In this document: piece by piece, positions 1 through 7,263 of the stretch
Position numbering within the stretch: position 1 is the first letter of the stretch
Layout: each line of letters begins with the position of its first letter
Assembly: GCA_041497375.1 (NCBI GenBank)
Contig: JBGQGI010000001.1
Span: 1-24,032, forward strand
Length of the DNA: 24,032 nucleotides
From: Candidatus Dormibacteraceae bacterium
Lineage (GTDB): Bacteria; Chloroflexota; Dormibacteria; Dormibacterales; Dormibacteraceae
Direction: 5' to 3'
The notes under the pieces: generated by a model
The model's input: only the letters and a program-made list of their open reading frames with translations
Database searches by the model: none
Told to the model about the DNA's origin: nothing
Program-made: the position numbers and the translations under genes

Positions 1-65
1 ATCAAGACCCAGCCGGTGGCGAGGGCGAGCGCGGCAAAGCCCGGCCCTCTCTCAATCCATTGCAT
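1..65 (-). CDS. Possible N-terminus of a downstream gene running off the left edge (MQWIERGPGFAALALATGWVL...)
   Basis: ATG at 65 (minus), 17 bp after the psuG stop, open to position 1, with a hydrophobic stretch. No Shine-Dalgarno (SD) and only 21 codons visible. Confidence 0.3.
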   Translation of the reverse strand, partial: MQWIERGPGFAALALATGWVL

Positions 66-82
66 CGCGAGGCGGGCCTGGG

Positions 83-958
83 TCAGCCGGCCAGCACGCG
101 GGCGACGCGAGCTGCCACCCGCGCGTTGTTGACGACGAGCTCGACGTTCAGCTCGAGGGATCGCCCGCCCGACAGCTCCGCCACGCGCGCCAGGAGCCGG
201 GGCGTCGCCTCGGGGCCGACAACATTGGACAGCTCGCGTGTGGCCCGCAGCACGATCTCCTCCGCGCCCTCGAGCTCGCCGGGTGGCGGGATCGCGACCA
301 CCACGCCTCGCGAGCCCGTGGCCCAGGCCGCGCTCAACACCGCGGCCGTCTCCTCCGGTCCATCGACTCGTGTGGGGACTGGGCACCCGCTGTGCCGGCT
401 GTAGAAAGCAGGTAGCTCGTCGCAACCGTATCCGAGCACTGGAACCGAAAGGCTCTCCAGCCTCTCGAGCGTATAGGCCAGGTCGAGGATGATCTTGGCT
501 CCGGCGCAGAAGACGGCGACGGCTGATCGACTGAGCTCGACGAGGTCGGCCGATTGGTCCTCCGGGTGGCCGCGGTGCACTCCGCCGATGCCTCCGGTGG
601 CGAAGCAGCGGATGCCGGCCATCTCCGCAGCGCGCATCGTTGCCGCCACAGTGGTGGCGCCAACCGTATGGCGCACCAGCGCCGGGCCGAGATCGCGCGA
701 GCTCACCTTGGCCGCGCCGCCTGCGAGGCGCTCGACCTCGGCGTCGGTCAAGCCGACCACGATCTGGCCGTCGAGCACACCGATGGTCGCGGGCACCCCG
801 CCTTCCTTTCTTATGGCCGACTCGCAGTCGCGCGCCGCTCGAAGGTTGTGGGGGGAGGGGAGGCCCTGACCCACGATCGAGGTTTCGAGGGCGACCACCG
901 GGCGGCCTCCCGCAAGCGCCTCTGCCACCTCGGGCGACATTCGAAGCAGGTCGCTCAA
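83..958 (-). CDS. psuG: Pseudouridine-5'-phosphate glycosidase (PsuG/IndA family)
   Basis: Family motifs EVAEAL..RPVVALE, VPATIG, AKVSSRDL, GATTVAATM, FATGGIGGVHRG, SADL, CAGAKIILD, NNARVAA. The TTG start overlaps the upstream stop (TTGA, 955-958). Confidence 0.92.
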   Translation of the reverse strand: MSDLLRMSPEVAEALAGGRPVVALETSIVGQGLPSPHNLRAARDCESAIRKEGGVPATIGVLDGQIVVGLTDAEVERLAGGAAKVSSRDLGPALVRHTVGATTVAATMRAAEMAGIRCFATGGIGGVHRGHPEDQSADLVELSRSAVAVFCAGAKIILDLAYTLERLESLSVPVLGYGCDELPAFYSRHSGCPVPTRVDGPEETAAVLSAAWATGSRGVVVAIPPPGELEGAEEIVLRATRELSNVVGPEATPRLLARVAELSGGRSLELNVELVVNNARVAARVARVLAG

Positions 959-1794
959 CTCGGCCGGGCCCCGGCTCTGGTCACCGCGCCCGAGGCTACC
1001 ACCACGGCTTTCTCGGCCGCCTCGAGCGGAGTCGCGCCGTCGAGGTAGGCGACGCAGAAAGCGGCGGCCAGAGCGTCGCCGGCGCCGGAGGCATCGACCT
1101 CCTGCACCTTCGGCGCGGGAACGTGCTTCCCGGCAACCCGGCAGCCCTTGGCTCCCATTTTGAGCACAGGCACTTTGGCCAGATCCTCCATTGCGACGCC
1201 CAGGGTTTCAGATTCGGCCGTCGTCCCGAACAGCACGTCGGGTTTCAACTGGGCGAGGTCGCGTGCGAACTGAGCGGGCCCGAACTCCCTGAGGCCCGCG
1301 ACCGACGACAGGTCGATTGACAGCAGCCCGCCGCCTTGCCGCACGAAGTCGATTGCCAATCGCGACGACGCCGCGAGCGGCTTCGTGAACAGCGAGTAGG
1401 ACGGCACGTGGATCAGGTTGACGCCCCGGAACCAAGATTTCCGCAGGTCGTTGGGCTTGAGGCCGGCGCTGGCGCCGCGCTGGGTCGCCATCGTCCGCTC
1501 TCCGTTTGGGCCGACCAGGACCGCGATCATGCCTGTCGGCTCTGGGCCCGAGACCGCGAAGACCTCGACCCCAAGAGCCTCAATCTCGGTCACCAGGCGC
1601 CGGCCGCGGTCATCGTCGCCGACCCGGGTGACGAGCCGAACTGGCGAGCCGAGGGCCGCCACCCATGAGCAGAAGTTGGCAGCCTGCCCGCCGCCGCCCA
1701 CCCGGATCACGGCGGGATTGTCGTCGTCGGGCCGGAGCCGGCCCGACGGGACGATCGTGATATCAAGGACGAGGTCGCCAATCGACAGGATCAT
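955..1794 (-). CDS. PfkB/ribokinase-family kinase, probably pseudouridine kinase-like from its position
   Basis: GDLVLD, GGGQAAN, VGDD..G and C-terminal DASGAGDA (anion hole and catalytic Asp). Its stop is coupled to the psuG start. Confidence 0.88.
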   Translation of the reverse strand: MILSIGDLVLDITIVPSGRLRPDDDNPAVIRVGGGGQAANFCSWVAALGSPVRLVTRVGDDDRGRRLVTEIEALGVEVFAVSGPEPTGMIAVLVGPNGERTMATQRGASAGLKPNDLRKSWFRGVNLIHVPSYSLFTKPLAASSRLAIDFVRQGGGLLSIDLSSVAGLREFGPAQFARDLAQLKPDVLFGTTAESETLGVAMEDLAKVPVLKMGAKGCRVAGKHVPAPKVQEVDASGAGDALAAAFCVAYLDGATPLEAAEKAVVVASGAVTRAGARPS

Positions 1795-1822
1795 CGGTGC
1801 CCCGAGGATAGCCGCGTCTCGA

Positions 1823-2797
1823 CTAGCGCATCGCTCCTCTCACCGTCTTGACGATTCGTGCCACCGTCGGCATCGCCGCATCCTCCATCGGCTGCGCCGC
1901 GGGCAATGGGACGTGCGGCGTCGTGATGCGGACGATGGGTCCATCGAGGTCGTCAAAGCACTCTTCGGCGGCGATCGACGCGATCTCCGCGCCCCACCCG
2001 CACAGTCGCGGGTTCTCCTCGACCGTGAACAGGCGCCCGGTTCTGCTCACCTCGCCGAGGATCGTGCGCGTGTCGAGTGGCACGAGACACCTGACGTCGA
2101 CGACAGTGGCGTGGATGCCTTCACTCTCGAGCTCGGCAGCTGCTGCCAACGCCCTCGGCACCATGGCGGCAAGAGCCACGATCGTGCAGTCGTTGCCGTG
2201 GCGCAGGACCCTGGCCGTGCCGAGGGAGTCGACGTGCTCGCCGTCGGGCACCTCGCCCTTGATGCCGTAGAGCGATTTCTGCTCAAAGAAGAGAACTGGG
2301 TCGGGGTCGCGGATGGCCGCGGCCAGCAGGCCTTTGGCATCGGCAGGCGTTGAGGGCGCAACCACCTTCAGGCCAGGCACCGCCATCGCCCAGTTCTCCA
2401 GGCTCTGGGAGTGCTGCGCGCCAAAGCGCGAACCGCCCCCGTTGGCGGTCCGGATCACCAGCGGCAGCGACACCTGGCCGTCGGTCATGTACCTGGTCTT
2501 GGCGACCTGGTTCGCGATCATGTCCCAGCAGGTGGCTAGAAAGTCAGAGAACATGATCTCGACGATCGGCTTCAGCCCGGTCATGGCCGCGCCCATCGCA
2601 GCGCCGACGATTGCCTGCTCCGAGATCGGCGTGTCGCGCACGCGGTCGGGGCCGAACTGGTCGAGCAATCCGACCGTGGCTTTGAAGACGCCGCCTGCGG
2701 CGGCCACATCCTCGCCGATGAAGTAAACGGTCGGGTCGCGCCTCATCTCCTGCGCGATGCCGGCCGCGACGGCCTCGCGGTACGTCAGCTCCGCCAT
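1823..2797 (-). CDS. TPP-dependent 2-oxoacid/acetoin dehydrogenase E1 beta subunit
   Basis: GEDV, GGVFKAT.GL, DTPISE, EIMFSDF, GAQHSQSLE, PVLFFE, DGPIVRI motifs. Overlaps the alpha-subunit stop by 13 bp. Confidence 0.93.
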   Translation of the reverse strand: MAELTYREAVAAGIAQEMRRDPTVYFIGEDVAAAGGVFKATVGLLDQFGPDRVRDTPISEQAIVGAAMGAAMTGLKPIVEIMFSDFLATCWDMIANQVAKTRYMTDGQVSLPLVIRTANGGGSRFGAQHSQSLENWAMAVPGLKVVAPSTPADAKGLLAAAIRDPDPVLFFEQKSLYGIKGEVPDGEHVDSLGTARVLRHGNDCTIVALAAMVPRALAAAAELESEGIHATVVDVRCLVPLDTRTILGEVSRTGRLFTVEENPRLCGWGAEIASIAAEECFDDLDGPIVRITTPHVPLPAAQPMEDAAMPTVARIVKTVRGAMR

Positions 2798-3807
2798 GCC
2801 GAGCCCCCGTCGCTCCAGACCTGCGTCTCGATGTCCTCGACTCGTGCGGGCGGCGCCTTGCGCGCCTCATCGGTTGCGATGTCGACCTTCTCTTGCGACT
2901 CATCGTCGATCTTCCGAAGCACGCTCTCCTCGACGCCGAGCGAACCAAGCCGCTCACGATAGGTCTGGACCGGGTCGCGGCTCATCCACTCTCGGACCTC
3001 GTCTTTAGGGCGATACGTGGCCGGGTCTCCGCGTGAGTGGCCGCCATGGCGGTAGGTGAGGGCTTCGACGAGCGACGGCCCGTCGCCTGAGCGGGCCCTT
3101 CCGATCGTGCGCGTCGCCGTCTCATGCATCACTTCGACGTCGTTCCCGTCGACCAGGATGCGCTCGAGTCCGTAGGCCGCCGCGCGGTCTGCGGCGGGGT
3201 GCTCGACCGCGGTTACCGATCGGATCGGGGTGTACTCCATGTACTGGTTGTTCTCGCAGACGAACACGACTGGCAGCTTCCACACCACCGCGAGGTTGAG
3301 GGCCTCGTGGAAGGCCCCGATGTTGGTGGTGCCGTCGCCGAAGAAGCAGACCGCCACCTGGCCCGACTTGCGCGCCTGGGCCGACCAGGCGGCACCGGCG
3401 GCGATCGGCAAGTGAGCTCCGACGATCGCGTAAGAGCCCATCGCGCCGTGCGCGACATCGGTCAGGTGCATCGATCCGCCCTTGCCGTGCATCATCCCGT
3501 TCGCGCGGCCGAGAAGCTCTCCCAACGCCGCTGCCATGGAGGCGCCTCGGGCGAGCGTGTGATCGTGACCGCGATACGTGCAGAAGGTGTAGTCGTCCTC
3601 GCGCATCGCCACCGCGTACCCGGCTGCGATCGCTTCCTGGCCCAGCGCGAGATGGCTGGTGCCGCGGATCAGGTTTTCCATGAAGAGGTCGTAGGCCCGC
3701 TGCTCGAAGTCCCTGAGCTCGACCATCAAGCGGTACAGGCGGAGCCGGGTCTCCTGGTCGATGTTTTCGATCTTCGGTGCAGCCGTTTTGCCGGTGCGAG
3801 CTTTCAA
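2785..3807 (-). CDS. TPP-dependent 2-oxoacid/acetoin dehydrogenase E1 alpha subunit
   Basis: GTSHL..GQEA, TYRGH, GKGGSMH, TPP motif GDG...ENN, TYRHGGHS. The TTG start overlaps the upstream stop (TTGA, 3804-3807). Confidence 0.93.
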   Translation of the reverse strand: MKARTGKTAAPKIENIDQETRLRLYRLMVELRDFEQRAYDLFMENLIRGTSHLALGQEAIAAGYAVAMREDDYTFCTYRGHDHTLARGASMAAALGELLGRANGMMHGKGGSMHLTDVAHGAMGSYAIVGAHLPIAAGAAWSAQARKSGQVAVCFFGDGTTNIGAFHEALNLAVVWKLPVVFVCENNQYMEYTPIRSVTAVEHPAADRAAAYGLERILVDGNDVEVMHETATRTIGRARSGDGPSLVEALTYRHGGHSRGDPATYRPKDEVREWMSRDPVQTYRERLGSLGVEESVLRKIDDESQEKVDIATDEARKAPPARVEDIETQVWSDGGSAWRS

Positions 3808-5060
3808 TACGGGTTAGCGATCATCAACTCTTCGGCGGGGAAGAGCGTGATCACCTCATGCCCCGTGGCAGTGACCACGAGCTCCTCCTCGATGCGCGCC
3901 GCCGAGTGTCCGTCGGCGGCGGGGCAGTAGGTCTCAAGGGCGAAGACCATACCCTCCTTGACCTCGACGGGAAACTTGAGCGAGTTCAGCCGGCTGATGA
4001 TCGGCCGCTCGTGCAGGCCCACGCCCAGCCCGTGGCCGAACTGCAGCGCGAACGCCTCCATCTCGCTGGAGAAGCCGAAGTCCGGCGCCTTTGGCCACAC
4101 GCTCGCGATCTGATCCGTGCTCACCCCTGGTTTCACCAGCTCGATCGAGGCGTCGATCCACTCACGCGCCTGCTTGTACGCATCGCGCTGGCCGCGCGTC
4201 GCGCGCCCGACGTTGAAGGTCCTGTAGTAGCACGTGCGATAGCCGTTGTACGACTGGATGATGTCGAAGAAGGCCTGGTCTCCGGGACGGATCAGCCGGT
4301 CGGAGAAGACGTGCGGGTGCGGGTTGCCGCGCTCGCCCGACACTGCGTTGATGGCCTCGACGTCGTCGGAGCCCATGTCGTACAGCTGCTTGCTGGCGAG
4401 GGCCACGAGCTCGTTCTCCCGGATACCCGGCTTCAACGCCTCGAAGATCGTCTGGTAGACGCCGTCGACCATGGCGGCCGCCATCGTGAGCAGCGTGATC
4501 TCGTCCTTCGACTTGATCTGGCGGGCATCGAGCATGGCCTGCTGGCCGTCCACCACGTTGAGGCCGCACTTCTGCAGGGCGAAGATCATCGGCAGCTCGG
4601 CGATGTCGACGCCGAGCGGCTCGCCGCCGACACCTTGCTCCACCATGATCTCCTTCACCGTGCGAGCGAGGTCATCCGACAGTCCCGCCTCCGGCGCCAC
4701 CGCGCCCCGCAGACCGGTCATCCCGGCGCGCGAGTTCTCGGGACGGAGCCACGGCGCGTGCAGCCGGTGGACTTTGGCGGCTGATCCGAAATCCCACAGG
4801 ATCGGCTCGCCCTTGGGGGTGAGCAGCGCGAACCGCGCCACCTTGTCGCGCGCCCACTCGCCGATGTGGGTGCTCGTGATGTAGCGGATGTTGTTCATGT
4901 CGAAGACGAGGATCGCGCCGAGACCCGCATTGGTGATCGCCTCCCTGGCGCGCCCCAGCCGGTACTCGTGCAGGCGGCGAAAGTCGACACGCTCTTCCCA
5001 GTCGACGTGCATCCGCCCGGGCGCCGGGAGCGACGCGACGGGAAACTCAGGCTTGGACAT
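3804..5060 (-). CDS. M24 family (creatinase/aminopeptidase P fold) hydrolase or lyase of unknown substrate
   Basis: Creatinase_N-like DMNNIRYIT; pita-bread motifs GDQAFFD, GYRTCYYRT, GHGLGVGLHE, GMVFALE, RIEE. Start placed at ATG 5060 (MSKPEF) after the SD-like AAAGGTGG; the ORF-track start at 5087 is probably too long. Confidence 0.88.
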   Translation of the reverse strand: MSKPEFPVASLPAPGRMHVDWEERVDFRRLHEYRLGRAREAITNAGLGAILVFDMNNIRYITSTHIGEWARDKVARFALLTPKGEPILWDFGSAAKVHRLHAPWLRPENSRAGMTGLRGAVAPEAGLSDDLARTVKEIMVEQGVGGEPLGVDIAELPMIFALQKCGLNVVDGQQAMLDARQIKSKDEITLLTMAAAMVDGVYQTIFEALKPGIRENELVALASKQLYDMGSDDVEAINAVSGERGNPHPHVFSDRLIRPGDQAFFDIIQSYNGYRTCYYRTFNVGRATRGQRDAYKQAREWIDASIELVKPGVSTDQIASVWPKAPDFGFSSEMEAFALQFGHGLGVGLHERPIISRLNSLKFPVEVKEGMVFALETYCPAADGHSAARIEEELVVTATGHEVITLFPAEELMIANPY

Positions 5061-6015
5061 TCTTGCCACCTTTGACTTCCAGCCCATCGGAGACCTTGCG
5101 GTTTTCGGATTCGAGCTTGAGGTGGGCGCCCCAGGCTTCCATCTGGAGCAGGGCGGCGAAATCCACGTCCCCCAGCTCGAAGCCGATCATGTTGGTGACG
5201 ATCTGATGGACGAGCGCCGCCACCGGCGTCGGGACGTCAAGCTTCCGGGCAGCCTCGAGGCCGAGCTCGAAGTCTTTGCGGAGCAGCTTGCCGGTGAAGG
5301 TCGGCGTGAAATCGAGGTTGACGAATGCCGGCGTCTTGTATCGAGTGAACGTCGAACCCATAACGCTGCCATTCAGAAACTCGAGGTAGTCGGCGCGGGA
5401 GACCCCACCGCGCTCAGCCAGCACGCTGGTCTCGGCCATGATCTGGGTGACGACGCCGAGAACGAGGTTGTGACAGATCTTGACCAGGCGCGCGCGCTCG
5501 CCTTCGCCGACGTAGCTGACCGTTCCCCCGAGCATCTCGAGGTAGGGAAGGGACAGCTCGAACGCCTCGCGCGGACCGGAGACTGCGATGCTGAGGCGTC
5601 CTGCCCGCACCACTTTTGGATTGCCGCTGACCGGACTGGCGAGAAGCGTGCTGCCAACCTCTTCAGCTCTCGCGCGGATCTTCTGCGAGACGTCCATCGA
5701 GACCGTCGAAGAGTCGATGACGACAGCCGGCACCCGACCACCGTTGGAAAGCAGTCCGTCGGGTCCGGTGGTCACCTCGGCGAAGTCCTGCGAGCCGGCG
5801 ACCGAGGTGAAGACGATGTCGCGGTCGGCGAGATCGGCTGGACGGTCGACAAGCCGGGCGCCGAGCTTGACGAGAGGCTCGGCCTTAGCCCTCGTCCGGT
5901 TGTAAACGGAAACGTCGCAACCGCGTTCGAGGAGCCTGGTCACCAGGGCGTAGCCCATCCGGCCGGTGCCGATCCAACCGAGCCGGTGCTTCGTGGGCTT
6001 CATCGTTTTGGACAC
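5047..6015 (-). CDS. NAD(P)-dependent beta-hydroxyacid dehydrogenase family (3-hydroxyisobutyrate DH / 6PGDH-like)
   Basis: GWIGTGRMG Rossmann motif, YNRT, PVSG, catalytic Lys in VKICHN, RKDFELG. Start is uncertain: GTG 6015 (AGGAG about 10 nt upstream) or ATG 6003. The track start at 6075 lies inside the predicted -10 box. Confidence 0.87.
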   Translation of the reverse strand: MSKTMKPTKHRLGWIGTGRMGYALVTRLLERGCDVSVYNRTRAKAEPLVKLGARLVDRPADLADRDIVFTSVAGSQDFAEVTTGPDGLLSNGGRVPAVVIDSSTVSMDVSQKIRARAEEVGSTLLASPVSGNPKVVRAGRLSIAVSGPREAFELSLPYLEMLGGTVSYVGEGERARLVKICHNLVLGVVTQIMAETSVLAERGGVSRADYLEFLNGSVMGSTFTRYKTPAFVNLDFTPTFTGKLLRKDFELGLEAARKLDVPTPVAALVHQIVTNMIGFELGDVDFAALLQMEAWGAHLKLESENRKVSDGLEVKGGKNVQA

Positions 6016-6056
6016 TGCCTCCGGGCTCCTACCAGCCACCGCGGCAGGGGTGAGCG

Positions 6057-6066
6057 CAAACGTTTG
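6057..6066. promoter_or_regulatory. Predicted LacI-family operator, left arm (CAAACGTTTG)
   Basis: Perfect 10-bp palindrome with central CG and the A-rich LacI-type pattern. It lies 4 nt downstream of the minus-strand -10 box, and a near-identical copy is at 7199-7208. Confidence 0.75.
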
Positions 6067-6070
6067 TCTA

Positions 6071-6079
6071 AACATACCA
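6071..6079 (-). promoter_or_regulatory. Extended -10 promoter for the left catabolic arm (TG-G-TATGTT)
   Basis: The minus strand reads TGGTATGTT, matching TGnTAnnnT, in the lacI-dehydrogenase gap. No recognisable -35. Confidence 0.65.
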
Positions 6080-6092
6080 CCGCATTTGCCAT

Positions 6093-7148
6093 CTACTCGG
6101 CCGGGCTTCGCTGTGCGGGCCGCGCGGCCGGTAGCTCATCGGCCCCGACCACGCTCGAGCCGCGCACCACGAGCTGCGGCGCGAACATCACGCGTCTCGG
6201 CGTCAGGACACCGGTCTCGATCTGCTCGAGCAGCATGCGCGCGGCTGCGCTCCCGAACTCGTGTATCGGCACATGGACCGTCGAGAGGCCAGGGATCAGC
6301 CGGCCGGCGAGGGGGATGTCGTTGTAGCCGATGATCGCGAGATCCTCCGGGATGCGCAGGCCTCTTTTCCGCGCCGCCCCGTATGCGCCGACTGCTGTCA
6401 TATCGGTCACCGCAAAGATCGCGGTCGGAGGACGGCTTAGCGACAGCAAGCGGTCCATGGCCTGGGCGCCGCCTTCTTCGACAAAGCCTGACTCGACGAG
6501 CAGGTCGGGGTCGGCATCGATCCCTGCCTCCGCCAGCGCGGCGTGATATCCCTTGCGGCGCAGCACCCCGGTGCTGACCGTTGTCTGGCCGGCCAGATGG
6601 CCGATTCGTACGTGGCCGAGGCCGATCAGGTGCTGGGTGGCCAGGGTGGCACCCGTGACGTCATCCGAGCCGACGAACGGGTCGACGCCTTCCTCGCTGA
6701 ACCGGTTGACAAGGACATAGGGAGTGCGCTGGTGACGCAGCCACCGCACCGCCGGGTCCTTCAAGAACGTGCTCGCCAGGATCATGCCGTCGACCCGGCG
6801 CGCCGCGAGGCTGTGAAGGTGAGCGCGCTGGCGCTCGGGGATGCCGTCCGTGTTGCAGAGGAGCACCTGGTAGCCGCGGGGCGTCGCGCCATCTTCGATG
6901 CCGCGAAACAGGGCTGCGAAGAATGGGTTCGTGATGTCGGGGATCACCACGGCGAGCACGAGCGTCTGGCGCAGCTTGAGTCCGCGGGCCACGCCGTTGG
7001 GCCGGTACTCGGTCTCTCGGAGCAAGGCCTCGATGCGGGTCCGCGTGGTTGCCGCTATGCGCAGCCCAGGATCATTGTTGGCGACGCGCGACACCGTCGA
7101 GGGGTGCACGTTGGCCCGGGACGCGAGCTCTTTCAGTGTTACGGGCAT
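6093..7148 (-). CDS. LacI-family transcriptional regulator
   Basis: N-terminal HTH TLKELASRANVHPSTVSRV, hinge YRPNGVARGL, ITNPFF, IPEDLAIIGYND, LSTV. Confidence 0.95.
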   Translation of the reverse strand: MPVTLKELASRANVHPSTVSRVANNDPGLRIAATTRTRIEALLRETEYRPNGVARGLKLRQTLVLAVVIPDITNPFFAALFRGIEDGATPRGYQVLLCNTDGIPERQRAHLHSLAARRVDGMILASTFLKDPAVRWLRHQRTPYVLVNRFSEEGVDPFVGSDDVTGATLATQHLIGLGHVRIGHLAGQTTVSTGVLRRKGYHAALAEAGIDADPDLLVESGFVEEGGAQAMDRLLSLSRPPTAIFAVTDMTAVGAYGAARKRGLRIPEDLAIIGYNDIPLAGRLIPGLSTVHVPIHEFGSAAARMLLEQIETGVLTPRRVMFAPQLVVRGSSVVGADELPAARPAQRSPAE

Positions 7149-7164
7149 GGCTCGCAGAGTTGCA

Positions 7165-7194
7165 TTGACATTTCGTTTCGCCCATGCCTAACAT
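7165..7194 (+). promoter_or_regulatory. Sigma70-type promoter for the ABC importer arm (TTGACA-N18-TAACAT)
   Basis: Perfect -35 TTGACA at 7165-7170 and TAACAT at 7189-7194, in an otherwise GC-rich sequence. Confidence 0.75.
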
Positions 7195-7198
7195 AGGG

Positions 7199-7208
7199 CA
7201 ATCGTTTG
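7199..7208. promoter_or_regulatory. Predicted LacI-family operator, right arm (CAATCGTTTG)
   Basis: Differs from the 6057-6066 palindrome at one base and shares its G...T flanks on the plus strand. It lies 4 nt after the -10, over the expected transcription start. Confidence 0.75.
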
Positions 7209-7263
7209 TTCACCGCAAGCGCCAATGCGCTGCGAAGCGCCCGCGGATGGGGAGGAGCGAAGC

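Noticed and set aside
83-1794. C-nucleoside antibiotic or indigoidine biosynthetic cluster, because PsuG is IndA/SdmA/MinB-like
   Set aside because: No NRPS, phosphatase or tailoring set is visible. Importers, a repressor and hydrolases point to catabolism. Genes left of the window are unseen.
3804-5060. Calling the M24 protein DddP (DMSP lyase) or PepP
   Set aside because: The acidic ligand pattern differs from both (FFDII...TCYYRT), and the context has no acrylate or peptide metabolism genes.
6026-6054. Possible SD-sequestering hairpin or riboswitch in the left-arm leader
   Set aside because: The pairing is short and bulged, easily expected in GC-rich sequence, and does not resemble a riboswitch family I recognise.
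3777-6327. Long plus-strand ORFs (3777-4784, 4888-6327) and similar ones such as 20170-21459 (minus), 11706-12818 (minus) and 13228-14391 (plus)
   Set aside because: They overlap well-supported genes, have no family motifs, and are the expected antisense or alternate-frame shadows of high-GC codon usage.
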